Assembly: GCF_006345805.1 (NCBI RefSeq)
Contig: NC_043014.1
Span: 48,484,001-48,548,000 of the forward strand
Direction of reading: 5' to 3'
Length of the DNA stretch: 64,000 bases
DNA from: Octopus sinensis
Taxonomy: Eukaryota
Of the stretch, positions 52,007 through 63,540 are shown one piece after another. A program made the position numbers and the translations under genes. Below the pieces are notes generated by a model. That model worked only from the letters and a program-made list of their open reading frames with translations. It did not search any database and was not told where the DNA came from. The stretch's first letter is position 1. The number at the start of each line of letters is the position of its first letter.

Positions 52007-53094
52007 TTAAGATTTTTGGCTAGGATTAGGTGAGTTAAGCAAGGATTTTAGTCGTATGAAAAAATAAATTTCCTCAATGGGTACAACTGATTATCTTTAT
52101 TTTGATTGGTATTCCACCTCTTTCATACCCTTGAAAGGAACATATCTGTGTTTGCACCATCACTAAAACACCCTTAGGTGTCTCATGAATGTTCAGAATA
52201 TTTCTCAATGTAAGCACAAGACCAAAGAGGTGACTTATGAACATGTTCCACCCATCTCTCCCTGTTATTGTTCAAAACAATGTTGGCCTTACTGGCCGCT
52301 GCTATCAGACGGAACAACTGGCCATATCAGATATCATTTGGAGATTTCTGTACCCTGTATTTTTTTAATATCCAGTATCACTCAACTATATTGATGTTAT
52401 TGGCACAGACACATAACATGAAAGTGAAGATCTACTAAATCTAATGGAAGACAGAGATTTCTGGTGCACCATTGAGAAATGCATCTTGATTGTGGCTGCT
52501 GGACGATAAGGTGGGTAGGCAGGTAGATAGATAGGTGGAGTGATAGAGTTAGTTAGATAGGTAATTAATAGACAGATTGCTATAATCACTGTAATCGCAA
52601 CGATATTCAGTTATTCCTAGACATCTCCACCTTCTTGGCCCTCATAGTGTTAATTATATCCTTTTAATTAAAGATGTGTTAAAAATAACATGTAGTTAGA
52701 GTTAGTTGGCTGTCACTGATGATTGCAACTTAATCAGACTCACCCACCTCTCAAAATTATTCCTATTGAAGCAGGTCTGATAACAAGCAAGGTGTCACAT
52801 TCAGAAAGTGAAACCCTATCCAGCCAGCCCACCCAGATAGCCGAGACACCCACCCTGGGTGCTGTACTACTTTAGTGATATCCATCATTAGTGTCAAACT
52901 ACAAATTTGTAAAGTATAGTCATTTTTTTCTTTATCCCCACATTACTAATTATTCTGTTGTTCCAAGGGAATAAAATTCTTAGTTGCTTCCACTGGGTTT
53001 GAACCTAGATCATAGAGGAATGACTGTACAAACTTACTGAGAGATATTTTCTCGGGTACCTCATCACTGCTACTACTACTAATAATAATTCTGA

Positions 53095-54355
53095 TGTAAA
53101 TGCAAAGTGACCGTCTTTGGCACTGAGGAGTTAGTCAATACCATAAGGCCCAAGATTTTGACTGGTGCTTGATTTCCTCAAGCTCGAAAGGATGAAAAGC
53201 CAATTCAGTCTCAGTAGATTTGAACTTGGAATGTAATGAGCCAGAACAAAGGCTGCAAAGCATTTTTTTTTTTCTGACACTCTGATTCTGCCAACCCAGA
53301 TCCCTAGAAATATCTGATAATTTAAGCAATGGAGCCCAACAATTTTGATAGGTGGGGATTAGTCAATTTCATTGACCCCTAATTCTTGACTTGTACTTCA
53401 TTTTATAAGCTTCAGAGATGAAAGCCACTCCACCACCCTTTTATAACAACAACAACAACAACAACAATAATAATAATAATAATAATAATAATCCCTTCTA
53501 CTATAGGCACAAAGCCTGAAATTGGGTGGGGTGGGGGTTGATCACATTGACCCCAATGTTTCACTGGTACTTAATTTATTGACCCTGAAAGGATGAACGA
53601 CAAAGTTAACATTGGCAGAATTTGAACTCAGAATGTTGGGACATTTTGCTCAGCATGCTACCAATTCTGCTAGCTCACTGCCTTAATAATGATAATAATC
53701 CTTTCTACTAAAGTCATAAGGCCTGGAATTTTGGGGGAGGGGGACTAGTCAATTACATCGACCCTAGTGTTTCACTGGTGCTTAATTTATTGGCTCCAAA
53801 AGGATAAAAGGCAAAGTCAACCTTGATGGAATTTGAACTCAGAATGCAAAGACGGACAAAATGTGGCTGAGCATTTTGCCTGCCATGCTAATGATATTGC
53901 AAGCTTGCTGCCTTATTAATGGCTTCAAATTTTGCCTCAAGGGCAGCAACTTTTTTTTGGGGGGGGGATGAGTCGATTATATCGACCTGTCTTCAACTGG
54001 TACCTATTTTATCAACCCTGAGCGGATGAAAGGCAAAGTGGACCTCGGCGGAATTTGGACTCAGAATGGAGTGACGGGCGAAACACCGCTAAGCATTTTG
54101 TCCAGCATGCTAACGATTCTTATTTCTTTATTGCCCACAAGGAGCTAAACACAGAGGGGACAAACAAGGACAGACAAAGGGATTAAGTTGATTACATCGA
54201 CCCTAGTGCGTAACTGGTACTTAATTTATCGAACCCGAAAGGATGAAAGGCAAAGACGACCTCGGTGGAATTTGAACTCAGAACGTAGCGGCAGATGAAA
54301 TACCGCTAAGTGTTTCGCCCGGCGTGCTAATGTTTCTGCCAGCTTATTACCTTTG
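53095..54355 (-). mobile_element. Tandem array of ~6 family A SINEs of mixed age
   Basis: Units at ~53095, 53310, 53494, 53697, 53925 and 54120, separated by (AAT)n/(AAC)n. Confidence 0.85.
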
Positions 54356-55233
54356 CTGCCTTATTAATCGTAATGAAAATGATGATGATGATGATGTTAT
54401 ATGATGCGGTGTTTCCTGCAGCGTGGTTACTCTGGTTGTTTTAGGCTTCATGTCGTCCAACTATTTTGTCAATGATTCTGATTGGAAGCTGTTCGGGAAG
54501 AGTTAAATCAAGTAAACAGCCACAGTGTTTGCACAGCTCCTCTGCTAAAAGGGATCACACAACACAGTGAGATGGGGTCACACAGCTGATGAGGAGGACG
54601 AGGAGGAGACTGGTGGTGGTGGTGGGGAGACTTTTGCTTGCTTCCTGCATCCATGGCTGGCTGCACTGTGTGTGTGTCTGTGTGTCCCTTAACACTTGCA
54701 CCGGGATGTGTGTGTGTGTGTGTGCATCTCTACAACTCACTGTTGTGTGTCTGTGTTCCTTTACCATTTAGTGTGTAGTTATGTAACACACTGTGTATGT
54801 GTCAGTCTTTGTATGTATGTATGTATGTATGTATGTATGTATGTGTAAGCACTCTCCTTAGAAATGTGTATGTGAGACAGAGAGAGAAAGAGTATTCCTT
54901 GCTTCTACATTACACTGTGTGGGAGGATCAATATTATTTAGCCCTAGGACAACATAATCCTGTGTGTAGTGCGCTTGTGCGTCCTTATTGAAGGCTCAAG
55001 GCTTTTGAGGGAGATTTAGCTGCTATTACTACCATGTGTGAGTCTCCCCCCCCCCTGTAAAAGGCTCCCATCTCTTGATAAACACCGAGGGTGGTGGCAG
55101 CAGTGATGCTGGGCTCCTGACACAAATTACTTTAGGGAGCCATTAAACCCCATTCACATATATCCCTCCAATACTAAGAAATTATAAAACAGAACGTCTG
55201 TGTGTGTGTAATAAATACACACACACACCACAC

Positions 55234-55286
<53 letters not shown>

Positions 55287-55333
55287 CACACACACACACA
55301 CATATATATACACACACACACACACATATATAT

Positions 55334-55366
<33 letters not shown>

Positions 55367-55374
55367 CACACATA

Positions 55375-55450
55375 TATTTGGAGGTGGTGATGGCAGGAGA
55401 AGGGTATGTGTATATATATATCCTTCTCTTGCCATCACCACCTCCAAATA
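55375..55450 (+). other. 76-nt fully paired hairpin (30-bp arms, (TA)-rich loop); candidate small-RNA precursor
   Basis: tatttggaggtggtgatggcaggagaaggg ... tccttctcttgccatcaccacctccaaata; the two deviations are G.U pairs on the + strand. The hairpin is seen; its function is not established. Confidence 0.6.
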
Positions 55451-55559
55451 AAAAAAACTGAGATACTTTCAGGGTCAGAGGTGAACTTCACTGTGTTTTC
55501 TCTTTCTCTCTCTCTCTCTCTCTCTGACATTTTATCAAATTTATAACTCTTTCCCTCTC

Positions 55560-56253
55560 TTCCTCCTCCCCCTCCGCCTCCGCGTATATAGCCCTTCCTC
55601 CCCTCCCCGCCCGCCTTCCCCCCTTCCTCTAGGGTTTATTACAACTGTCTCTCAACCATCTGCTGCTAATCTCTTTGTGTTGTTGCTGCTGCTGCTGATG
55701 TTGTCAACATCATTACCATCGTCGTCATCATTATCACATATTATCATCATCATCATAATCGTCATCGTCGTCATTCCCCCCTCCGACTCTCTCTTTCTTG
55801 CATCCTCTTTGTTGGCTGTTGTTGAGTTGTGATTCCAATACATACACACACAAGGCAGGAAGCTCCTATCCTCCCTACCCCTACCCCACTCTCTCTCTCT
55901 CTCTTTCTCTCCTCTCAGCTCAGCTCCCACAACAGCAGCAGCAGCAGTAGCAGTGCCCAAGCAGGCAGACAAACACTCTAGGGTTCCCCCTTTCCCCCCC
56001 TTTTCTTTTTTTTTTTTGAGAATGATAACCTCTTATAAGCTGGCAGAGGTGGTGGCGGTGGTGGTGTAAGTGAGAGGAGCAACACACGCGCGTGTGCACA
56101 CACACACACACACACATTCATACACACACACGCATACACTTACACAAGGGACCAACCAAACTAAGGTTTTTTTTTTCTTCTATTTTTCCCACTCCTTGAC
56201 TACTTTTCTTTCAAGGCAGAAGGATTTACACACAACACACAACACTCTCTCTC

Positions 56254-56295
<42 letters not shown>

Positions 56296-56372
56296 CTCTT
56301 TGCTTTCTCCTTTGTCTTTTAAAGTGGTGTTTGTATTGGGGAGGAGGGAGATATGTGAGATCCAATGTCCAG
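55560..56372 (+). promoter_or_regulatory. Putative internal promoter and non-coding alternative first exon
   Basis: GC/CpG-rich with TATATA at ~55585, a trinucleotide-rich leader, TE-free, and donor CCAG|GTATGT at 56372/3. Confidence 0.3.
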
Positions 56373-56950
56373 GTATGTGTTGCTTGTTATCTTTACCATT
56401 ATTGTTGTTGTTTTTGTTTGGATTGAGGACAACTCCACAAGTGCATTTACAAATGTGTGTGTGTGTGTGTGTGTGTGTTTCAGCTGGGTTTTGGACTTAA
56501 ATGTTCTTTGTTCAGGATTTTCACTGTGTCACCTGCCTCTTCTCTCTATATATATATATATATCACCACCATAACAACAACAACATCAGTTTACCAATGT
56601 TAAAATCTAGTCAATTTACTATTATTAAATGTATTCTTTGAAGTTCATGATGATGATGATGATGATGTCGCTGTGGCAATTACATTATTATTATCATCAT
56701 CATCATCATCATCTTCTTCGTTATCTTTATCTTCATCATCGTTATTAATCTGCCTTTGATTTGTCAGGGATTAGTTTTAGATAAAGATACACACATGATG
56801 TAAAATCTTGTATTTGTTGCTAATTATACATACATGCATACATACACACAATCTATGTGTATGTGTGCACGCGTGCACGCATACACACAACACACACACA
56901 CACACACACATTATTAAGACTTGTATATCCACATGTATCTTCCATGTACG

Positions 56951-57001
<51 letters not shown>

Positions 57002-57299
57002 TGCATGTACATATTATATACACACGTATATTAGATTACATTACATGCATGCATGCATGCATATATTAGATTACATTATAATATATATGAAGTATTCCTG
57101 TTTAACAACATTTTATATATATGTATCTCTGTGTATGTATGTGCGTGAACAATTAAAACAGACTTTACACAGCTATTACTATGAGGTTATGGGGTTTTTT
57201 TTCTTCTTCGTTTTTTGTGTTCCTTTACCAAGATATAGTAATGTGAAACTTGTAGAAACTGCAATTCTAATTAGCGTTAATATTATTATTATTTATCAT

Positions 57300-57460
57300 T
57301 ATGCTACTGATGTCGACTCTGCGCTTCATCCTTTCGGGGTGTTGATAGAATAAATACCACTTGAGTGCTGGGGGTTAGCATAACCAAACCGACTTCACCC
57401 CCACCCCCCCCGATCTCACAAAACTGCTGGCCTTGTGCCAAAATTTGAAGCCAATATTAT
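57300..57460 (+). mobile_element. Family A SINE 3' part (A2 tail)
   Basis: gtcgactctgcgcttcatcctttcggggtg..ggccttgtgccaaaatttgaa. Confidence 0.6.
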
Positions 57461-57569
57461 CGTTTATTAGTGTTATTATTGTTATTTACTCTATCGTGTA
57501 CTTTTTTCCTTAGGCATGTGAGAGTGTAGCCATTCACATATGCAGACTCATACATATCCGATGAACATC

Positions 57570-58125
57570 ATCTACATGCAAGATCTATCTGTCTACCTAC
57601 TCATCCATCTACCTCTCTACCTATTTATCTACCTACCTACCCATCTATCTATCTATCTACATACCTATCTATCTATCTACTTACCTATCTATCTATCTAC
57701 CTACCTATGTACCTACCTACCTACCTATCTATCAATCTATCTATCTACCTATCTATCTACTTATCTATCTTCCTTATCTACCTACCTAGCTACCTACCTA
57801 CCTATCTATCTACCCATCTACCTACCTATCTATCTATCTACTTATCTATGTACCCATCTACCTATCTACCTACCTACCTACCTACCTATCTATTTATCTA
57901 TCTATCTACCTACCTTTCTGTCTGCCTATCTATTTATCTACCTATCTATCTACCTACCTTTCTGTCTACCTATCTATCTACCTACCTACCCATCTATCTA
58001 TCAATTTATATACCTACCTACCTATCTATCAATTTATATATCTACCTACCTATCTATCTACCTATCTTTCTGTCTACCTATCTATTTATCTACCTGTCTA
58101 TCTATCTACCTATCCATCCATCCAC
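57570..58125. repeat. Compound (TATC)n/(TACC)n tetranucleotide satellite, ~550 bp
   Basis: Directly visible; source of ORFs 57540-58178 and 57707-58219. Confidence 0.95.
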
Positions 58126-58782
58126 TGGAACTACACATTCTCACACACACACAAACACACTGTTCTTGTTGTTTATAGTGATAACCTGTGCAGTCCTTCA
58201 ATTCTTTGTTTTGATGTAAAAGTTGAGCAACAGTCATAGAAATAGTTTTAATGTTGGAACAGAGTTTATCACACACAGCTGCACAACATTACCACACACA
58301 CACACACACACTCTCTCTTACATACATAATTATTACCACACATACACATTTCATCCAGTGAATAAACCCCTCCTCCCACCTCCAGTTTTTTCTTTTCTTC
58401 ATAAACTATTTCAATATTGAATGGAATATAGTGAGGTCTACTTCATGGCTTCACTTTATTTATACTCTCTTTTCTGTGTCTCTGCTTCTATCACACTTGC
58501 TCTCTCTCTCCCCGTGTATGTGTGTGTGTATGTATATATGTGTATATATTTCTGTTTGTATCTCTCTCTCTCTCTCTCTCCATCTATCTATCTTTTTAAT
58601 CTCTCCTACAAACTATTTTCGCTGTCATTAAACTTTTTAATTATAACTGAGACATAAAATTCTGTCTCTCCCCTCATGGCCATCCTTTAATGACTGAGTC
58701 TACTACAAGCATTGTTTGTGGTTGCTTGATTTGCTAAAAAAAAAACATAGTACCCAACTCTCCCTCATATAACACTCTACTA

Positions 58783-58960
58783 CAGTGCTTTCAAACTTTT
58801 TCCTGGAGTGGAACCCCAAGGACACATTCAACTGGCTCGGGGAACCCCTGTGCTATAATTTAATAGTCTAATGCACACATATCTGCACAGAAGAATTAAA
58901 AATTACTGCCGATTTTAGAAATTTTGTAACTTCTTGCGGAACCCTGGTTGAAAACCACTG
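58783..58960. mobile_element. hAT (Charlie-like) MITE with perfect 8-bp TSD
   Basis: TIR CAGTGCTTTCAAAC / GTTGAAAACCACTG; TSD ctctacta at 58775-58782 and 58961-58968. Confidence 0.85.
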
Positions 58961-59749
58961 CTCTACTATATTAAAGGGAAGGATATATTAGCTGAAATAA
59001 GACAGGATGGTCATGGTTGGAATGTTTGTCTGTATCACCAAGAACTAAAACAACAACATTACACAACTAATGTCCTAAATTTCATTTCGCTTTTGTTTGT
59101 TGTTTCATTCAACACCAAGTCGCAAACAAAATTCCTTCATTACCATTAATTGATATTCTAATTATTAATTAACCAATATTCAATATTGTTAATGAATATT
59201 AAATAGCATCAAGTCATAATATGTGAGCCTCTATTAATCTCACTCATCTGCCAGACATAGCAGCGAAATCTCCCTTAAATTAAGACTTTAGTCTTGAAAA
59301 GTGAGCATCACATTGAGTAATGTGATCCTGTGTATACAATCTTTGAAAGACAAGCAGAGCAGGTCATGCTGGAATATCTTTGATTAGTCAGGATTCTAAA
59401 CAACAACTATATGCTTTTGTTATTCTCCCAGTAATATTTATCAGTCTGATTTTGGTTGTTTTTCCTTCTATTTCTTCATAAACATTAATCCTGGAAGCTC
59501 TTTTACTTTCATTTTTGGTATTCTTTTCCTAACCCAGCAGTCCTTGTAGCCAATGAGGAAAGGATTTAATATTAAAAATAACTTTGTCGTTATTAAATGG
59601 GTGTTTAGAACATGAATTAACATCTGATTTTACTGAAAGACCATTTTAAAACGGAGCTTTTATCATTGAACTCGGGGCCAATTTCAGACAAGTTAATTAT
59701 CAAAAGAGTTAAGATGGTGAATCCTCTGACATTCGTTTGGGCTATTTAC

Positions 59750-59905
59750 AACAGGCTTTTTCAGTTTCTGTGTACTAAATCCATTCACAAGGCTTCGGTC
59801 GGTCTGGAGCTGTAGTAGAAGACACTTGACCAAGGTGTCATGCTGTGGGGCTGAACCCATAAACATGTGGTTGGAAAGCAAACTTCTAAGCACCACAGCC
59901 CCACC
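59750..59905 (-). mobile_element. SINE family B, 5' part
   Basis: aggctttttcagtttctg..cacaaggcttcggtcg..gacacttgaccaaggtg..ggttggaaagcaaacttct. Confidence 0.75.
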
Positions 59906-60316
59906 TGAAAATTCTTTCTGCACATGGTGTCCATCAAGGAAGTCACTGAAGATCATTTATCAACTTGAAGACCCAAGGATGTTGAAATTGTGCTGTTTTC
60001 CACCTGTCTGTCCCACCACACCACAGTCACAGCTAATTAAAGATTGTCTTTATCATGTAACCTCGTTAGAATAAATCTCATTTTGCACAAGAGCCATTTT
60101 GTCTGAGTCCCCTTAAGTATAGCTTGGCTTGCTAGAAATAAAAGCTAGATCTCCCTTAAATCACATACTACTCATGTTAAAAAGTGGACATGTTAATGTA
60201 TTCACCCCCAGATATACACAAACCTGATCACAGATTATGGTGTGATGGTCACTAAATCTCTCTTGATCATGAATATTTAAAATAGATCTATTGATTTCCA
60301 TTAGATCATGTAAACT

Positions 60317-60483
60317 GTTGTCATAGTAACAAAGACTCTACACTGATCACATTTGATAAGTTGTCATGGTAACATAGACTGGAAGGGGTTTGCATTTATC
60401 TGATAGGTTACCATGGGAACATGGACTGGATGTTGATCACATCTGATATGTTGCTATGGTAACATAGACTGGGTGGGGTTTGC
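60317..60483. promoter_or_regulatory. Tandem repeat (~44-bp period) carrying four RFX X-box-like palindromes
   Basis: GTTGTCATAGTAAC 60317, GTTGTCATGGTAAC 60360, GTTACCATGGGAAC 60407 and GTTGCTATGGTAAC 60450, compared with X-box GTYNCCATGGNAAC. Confidence 0.55.
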
Positions 60484-61364
60484 TATCAGCTTCTGGTGTA
60501 GGGAATCATCACAAAGATTCAGGTCTTCTCTTTATAGAAGACCCTAACATTTAAAATTTTTTTCACTGTTCTGTCGATATTAGTGAAGGTTCTTCCTGCA
60601 AGATCAGTGGAGGGTCCACTCCACACATGTATGCACACACGCGCACACACACACACACACACACACACGCTGAGTTAGTGAGGTGGGAGGAAGGCAGGAG
60701 AGTTAGCCAGAACTCTGTAGGCCCCTCTCTCAGATGGAGATTGTTTAAAGCCTTTACATGAATAATGAATATAGCTGAAGTTTGTGGTTGCTTGTAACAA
60801 CAGAATAAACCCTAGGCTCCAGGCTGTTAAGAGGCCAAATATGACATTCATGTTGATTTTGTAATCTTAAGCATCTCTGGTGGAAATTGATGATAATTAA
60901 TAATTGAGTTTTTTCAAAGCTCCACTCTAGATTTAATTGTCTTGAGAAGACTCATTAATTAGTATTTTTGAGTTTGTCCTTTTTTTAATACTTGTTATCT
61001 TTGATCAGCTGAGTTTATGTCTGATATAGAGTTTTGTGTATATACCCTTGTGATTCCTGTTTTACTTAGGTGGACCCTCTAAGTCATTTGATGCTGGAAA
61101 AAACCCCCATTATATTTTTGTAACTAAGTATTAATAGGAATTGTTTAGTAAGATATTTTGTATATTGCAGAAGTATAACCAATTTATGGCACATAAACTT
61201 TAGCAACAAAATCTTATTTGGACCCCCAAGGATCATGTGAACCCCATTTGAAAATCAATCAATCTATCTACCTCTCTCTCTCTATCTCTCTCTCTTATAA
61301 TAGCATTCTTGTGTGTCTTGGGTTTTACTTGTAAGTTCTTGTTATTTTGTAATGTTTATATTCC

Positions 61365-61412
<48 letters not shown>

Positions 61413-61629
61413 ATGCTTATATACTGGAAAGGGATGTGTGTATGTTGTGTTCAGTTGAAGAAACATGGTAGGTTGTGACCAAACTAAGAAACAATATCAA
61501 CAACAGAAATACCCAAAATCTGTTCAATATTTCAAGATAAATTCAAAATTGGTGTTTTCTTGTTAGAACTGTTTCATTAGTTTATATATCTATCTATCTG
61601 TCTGTCTGTCTATATATATTACTGCACCA

Positions 61630-61810
61630 GGTAAATTGTTTAGCTGTGTCTTCCGACTTTATGTTCTGAGTTCAAATGCCACCAAGATTGACTCTACCTT
61701 TCATCCTTTCGGGCTCGATAAAATAAGTACCAGTTGAGCACCGGTGTTGATGTAATTGACTTCCACCCTCTCCCACGATTGCTGGCCTTGTTCCAAAGTC
61801 TGGAACCATA
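61630..61810 (+). mobile_element. Family A SINE (A2 tail)
   Basis: ttctgagttcaaatgcc..cctttcatcctttcgggctcgataaaataagtaccag. Confidence 0.75.
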
Positions 61811-61815
61811 ATTAA

Positions 61816-62043
61816 CCCTTTAGCATTCAGATTACTCTGTCAAATATGACACATATTTATTCACATTGTTTTGAATCAATCATGCATTATCTCATAGCTT
61901 TGAGATTTCAGTGATGTGGATTTTTTTTTTTTCCTTTTAAAATGAGATTATAAAGTTGGTGTGAGAAACTGAATCTGGTCAGTTTGAACATAATACAGAT
62001 AGAATATTTGGGCCAGATATGGCTGGTTTTTGCTGCTAAAGGG
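61816..62043 (-). mobile_element. piggyBac-type MITE family 1, reverse orientation
   Basis: TTAA TSDs and CCCTTTAG/CTAAAGGG TIRs. Confidence 0.85.
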
Positions 62044-62715
62044 TTAACTATCTTATTATTAGGGTTACCCACAAAGTTTTCTCACTGTTGTTGTTCCTTA
62101 GCTCCTGATACAGGCATTTTAGCAATGATCATCCATCTTCTAGTTGGACATAATATAGTATCTAGGCCTACATAATCTAAAACAGTAAGGTATGATCTGT
62201 AAGGGACTTCTGTCTGGTCACACAACCGTGTTGTAGTTAATTCATGTTACAAAGTGTGTGTGTCTGTGTGTCACAACTTGGTTATCCATTTTAATGTCTT
62301 TTAATAATAAGAAATGCAGATGGCAATTTTTTTTACTTTGGTGTATCAGTGGTTGAGTAGTTTTGTGTCCTTTATTGTTCAAAATTAACGAAGTGTAAAA
62401 CTAAAACACATGTTGTAATCAAATAGATTCACGTGTTAAGATGTAGACCATTCTCTGGTTTAAAATCATTCTTTCACTACTTCTTTTCAAGTAGTTTTGA
62501 TCTTCCTGTTTTACCTGTCAGATTCCATCAACTCAAAAAGTCTTCCAATAAAAAAAAAGTCTTGAACAAAATTTTGTTTGAAACATGATTCTATCTCTTT
62601 TTCATTGGTCCAGTTTCCCCCCGCTTTTCTCGCATTTTATTCTAATTTATCTGATTACCAGGTTTTAAATTTTTCCTTGAATTTCCTTTTCTTTGTTTTG
62701 TAATTTTCTTTGAAG

Positions 62716-62751
<36 letters not shown>

Positions 62752-62974
62752 GTGGGTATGTGTGTGTACGCTCACACTTATTATTGGTATTTCTAGAATC
62801 CAGAAAAATCCGTCTTAATTCACTTCCTTGTACAGTTAGTTGGGCCATATTTAAAGCTGACAGCAGGAAACAGTTTCCTAGTTTCATTAAAACTAAATAT
62901 TTTCTTAAGATATTGTTTCAATTATCATCAGTAATTAGTGTTAATTATCAATAAGGATGTCAACAGTTGTTTAA

Positions 62975-63193
62975 CCCTTTAGGGTTCATATTGCCCCGTC
63001 AAAAATAACGCTTGTTTATTCATATTATTTTGAATTAATCATGCATCGTCTTGGAGCTTTGAGGTTTTGATGGTACGATTGCTTATTCTTAGAATGGCAT
63101 TTTTGGGTTTTGTGACTTGCCAGGTCTGGCCAGTTTGAACATAAAGCACGTAAAATATTTGGGCCAGATATGGCCAGATTAAATGCTAAAGGG
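62975..63193 (-). mobile_element. piggyBac-type MITE family 1, reverse orientation
   Basis: TTAA at 62971-62974 and 63194-63197. Confidence 0.85.
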
Positions 63194-63197
63194 TTAA

Positions 63198-63417
63198 CCC
63201 TTTCGTTACTGCATTTATTTTGAGATGCTCTGTGTTTCCTTCAATTACTTTAAATATAACAAAGAATTTAGTAAAATAACTTGGTTATCATTAAGCTAGT
63301 GTTAGGAACATAAATTGTGACTAAGGTTTGATGGAAGATTTTAATTCAAACCTTATGAAAATAAGACATTTGTACTCAGAGCCAGAGCCGGTTTCAGCCG
63401 GGTTGGTAACGAAAGGG
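63198..63417. mobile_element. piggyBac-type MITE family 2
   Basis: Perfect 12-bp TIR CCCTTTCGTTAC/GTAACGAAAGGG; shares the TTAA at 63194-63197; right TSD decayed to TTGA. Confidence 0.85.
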
Positions 63418-63540
63418 TTGAATTGATCAGAAATCCGTATAATCTCCCCCCCCCCTCCCCAACACACTGAAGTTTGCTGGTCCTTAAACTTGTTGTCTTT
63501 CACTATTTAGGATGTATGCTCATGACTGGTTTCTTTTCAG

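Larger units (their letters stand above)
3770..63540 (+). other. GSE1: Putative ~59.8-kb first intron of GSE1
   Basis: GT..AG boundaries between the two exons above; no other recognisable host coding exon between them; filled with TEs and microsatellites. Confidence 0.5.

Noticed and set aside
53095-54355. Regularly spaced repeats resembling a CRISPR-like array
   Set aside because: Units are ~200-bp tRNA-derived SINEs in a eukaryotic intron, with no short repeat-spacer structure.
57540-58219. 212-aa and 170-aa ORFs (YLPTYLSI repeats)
   Set aside because: Translations of the TATC/TACC satellite.
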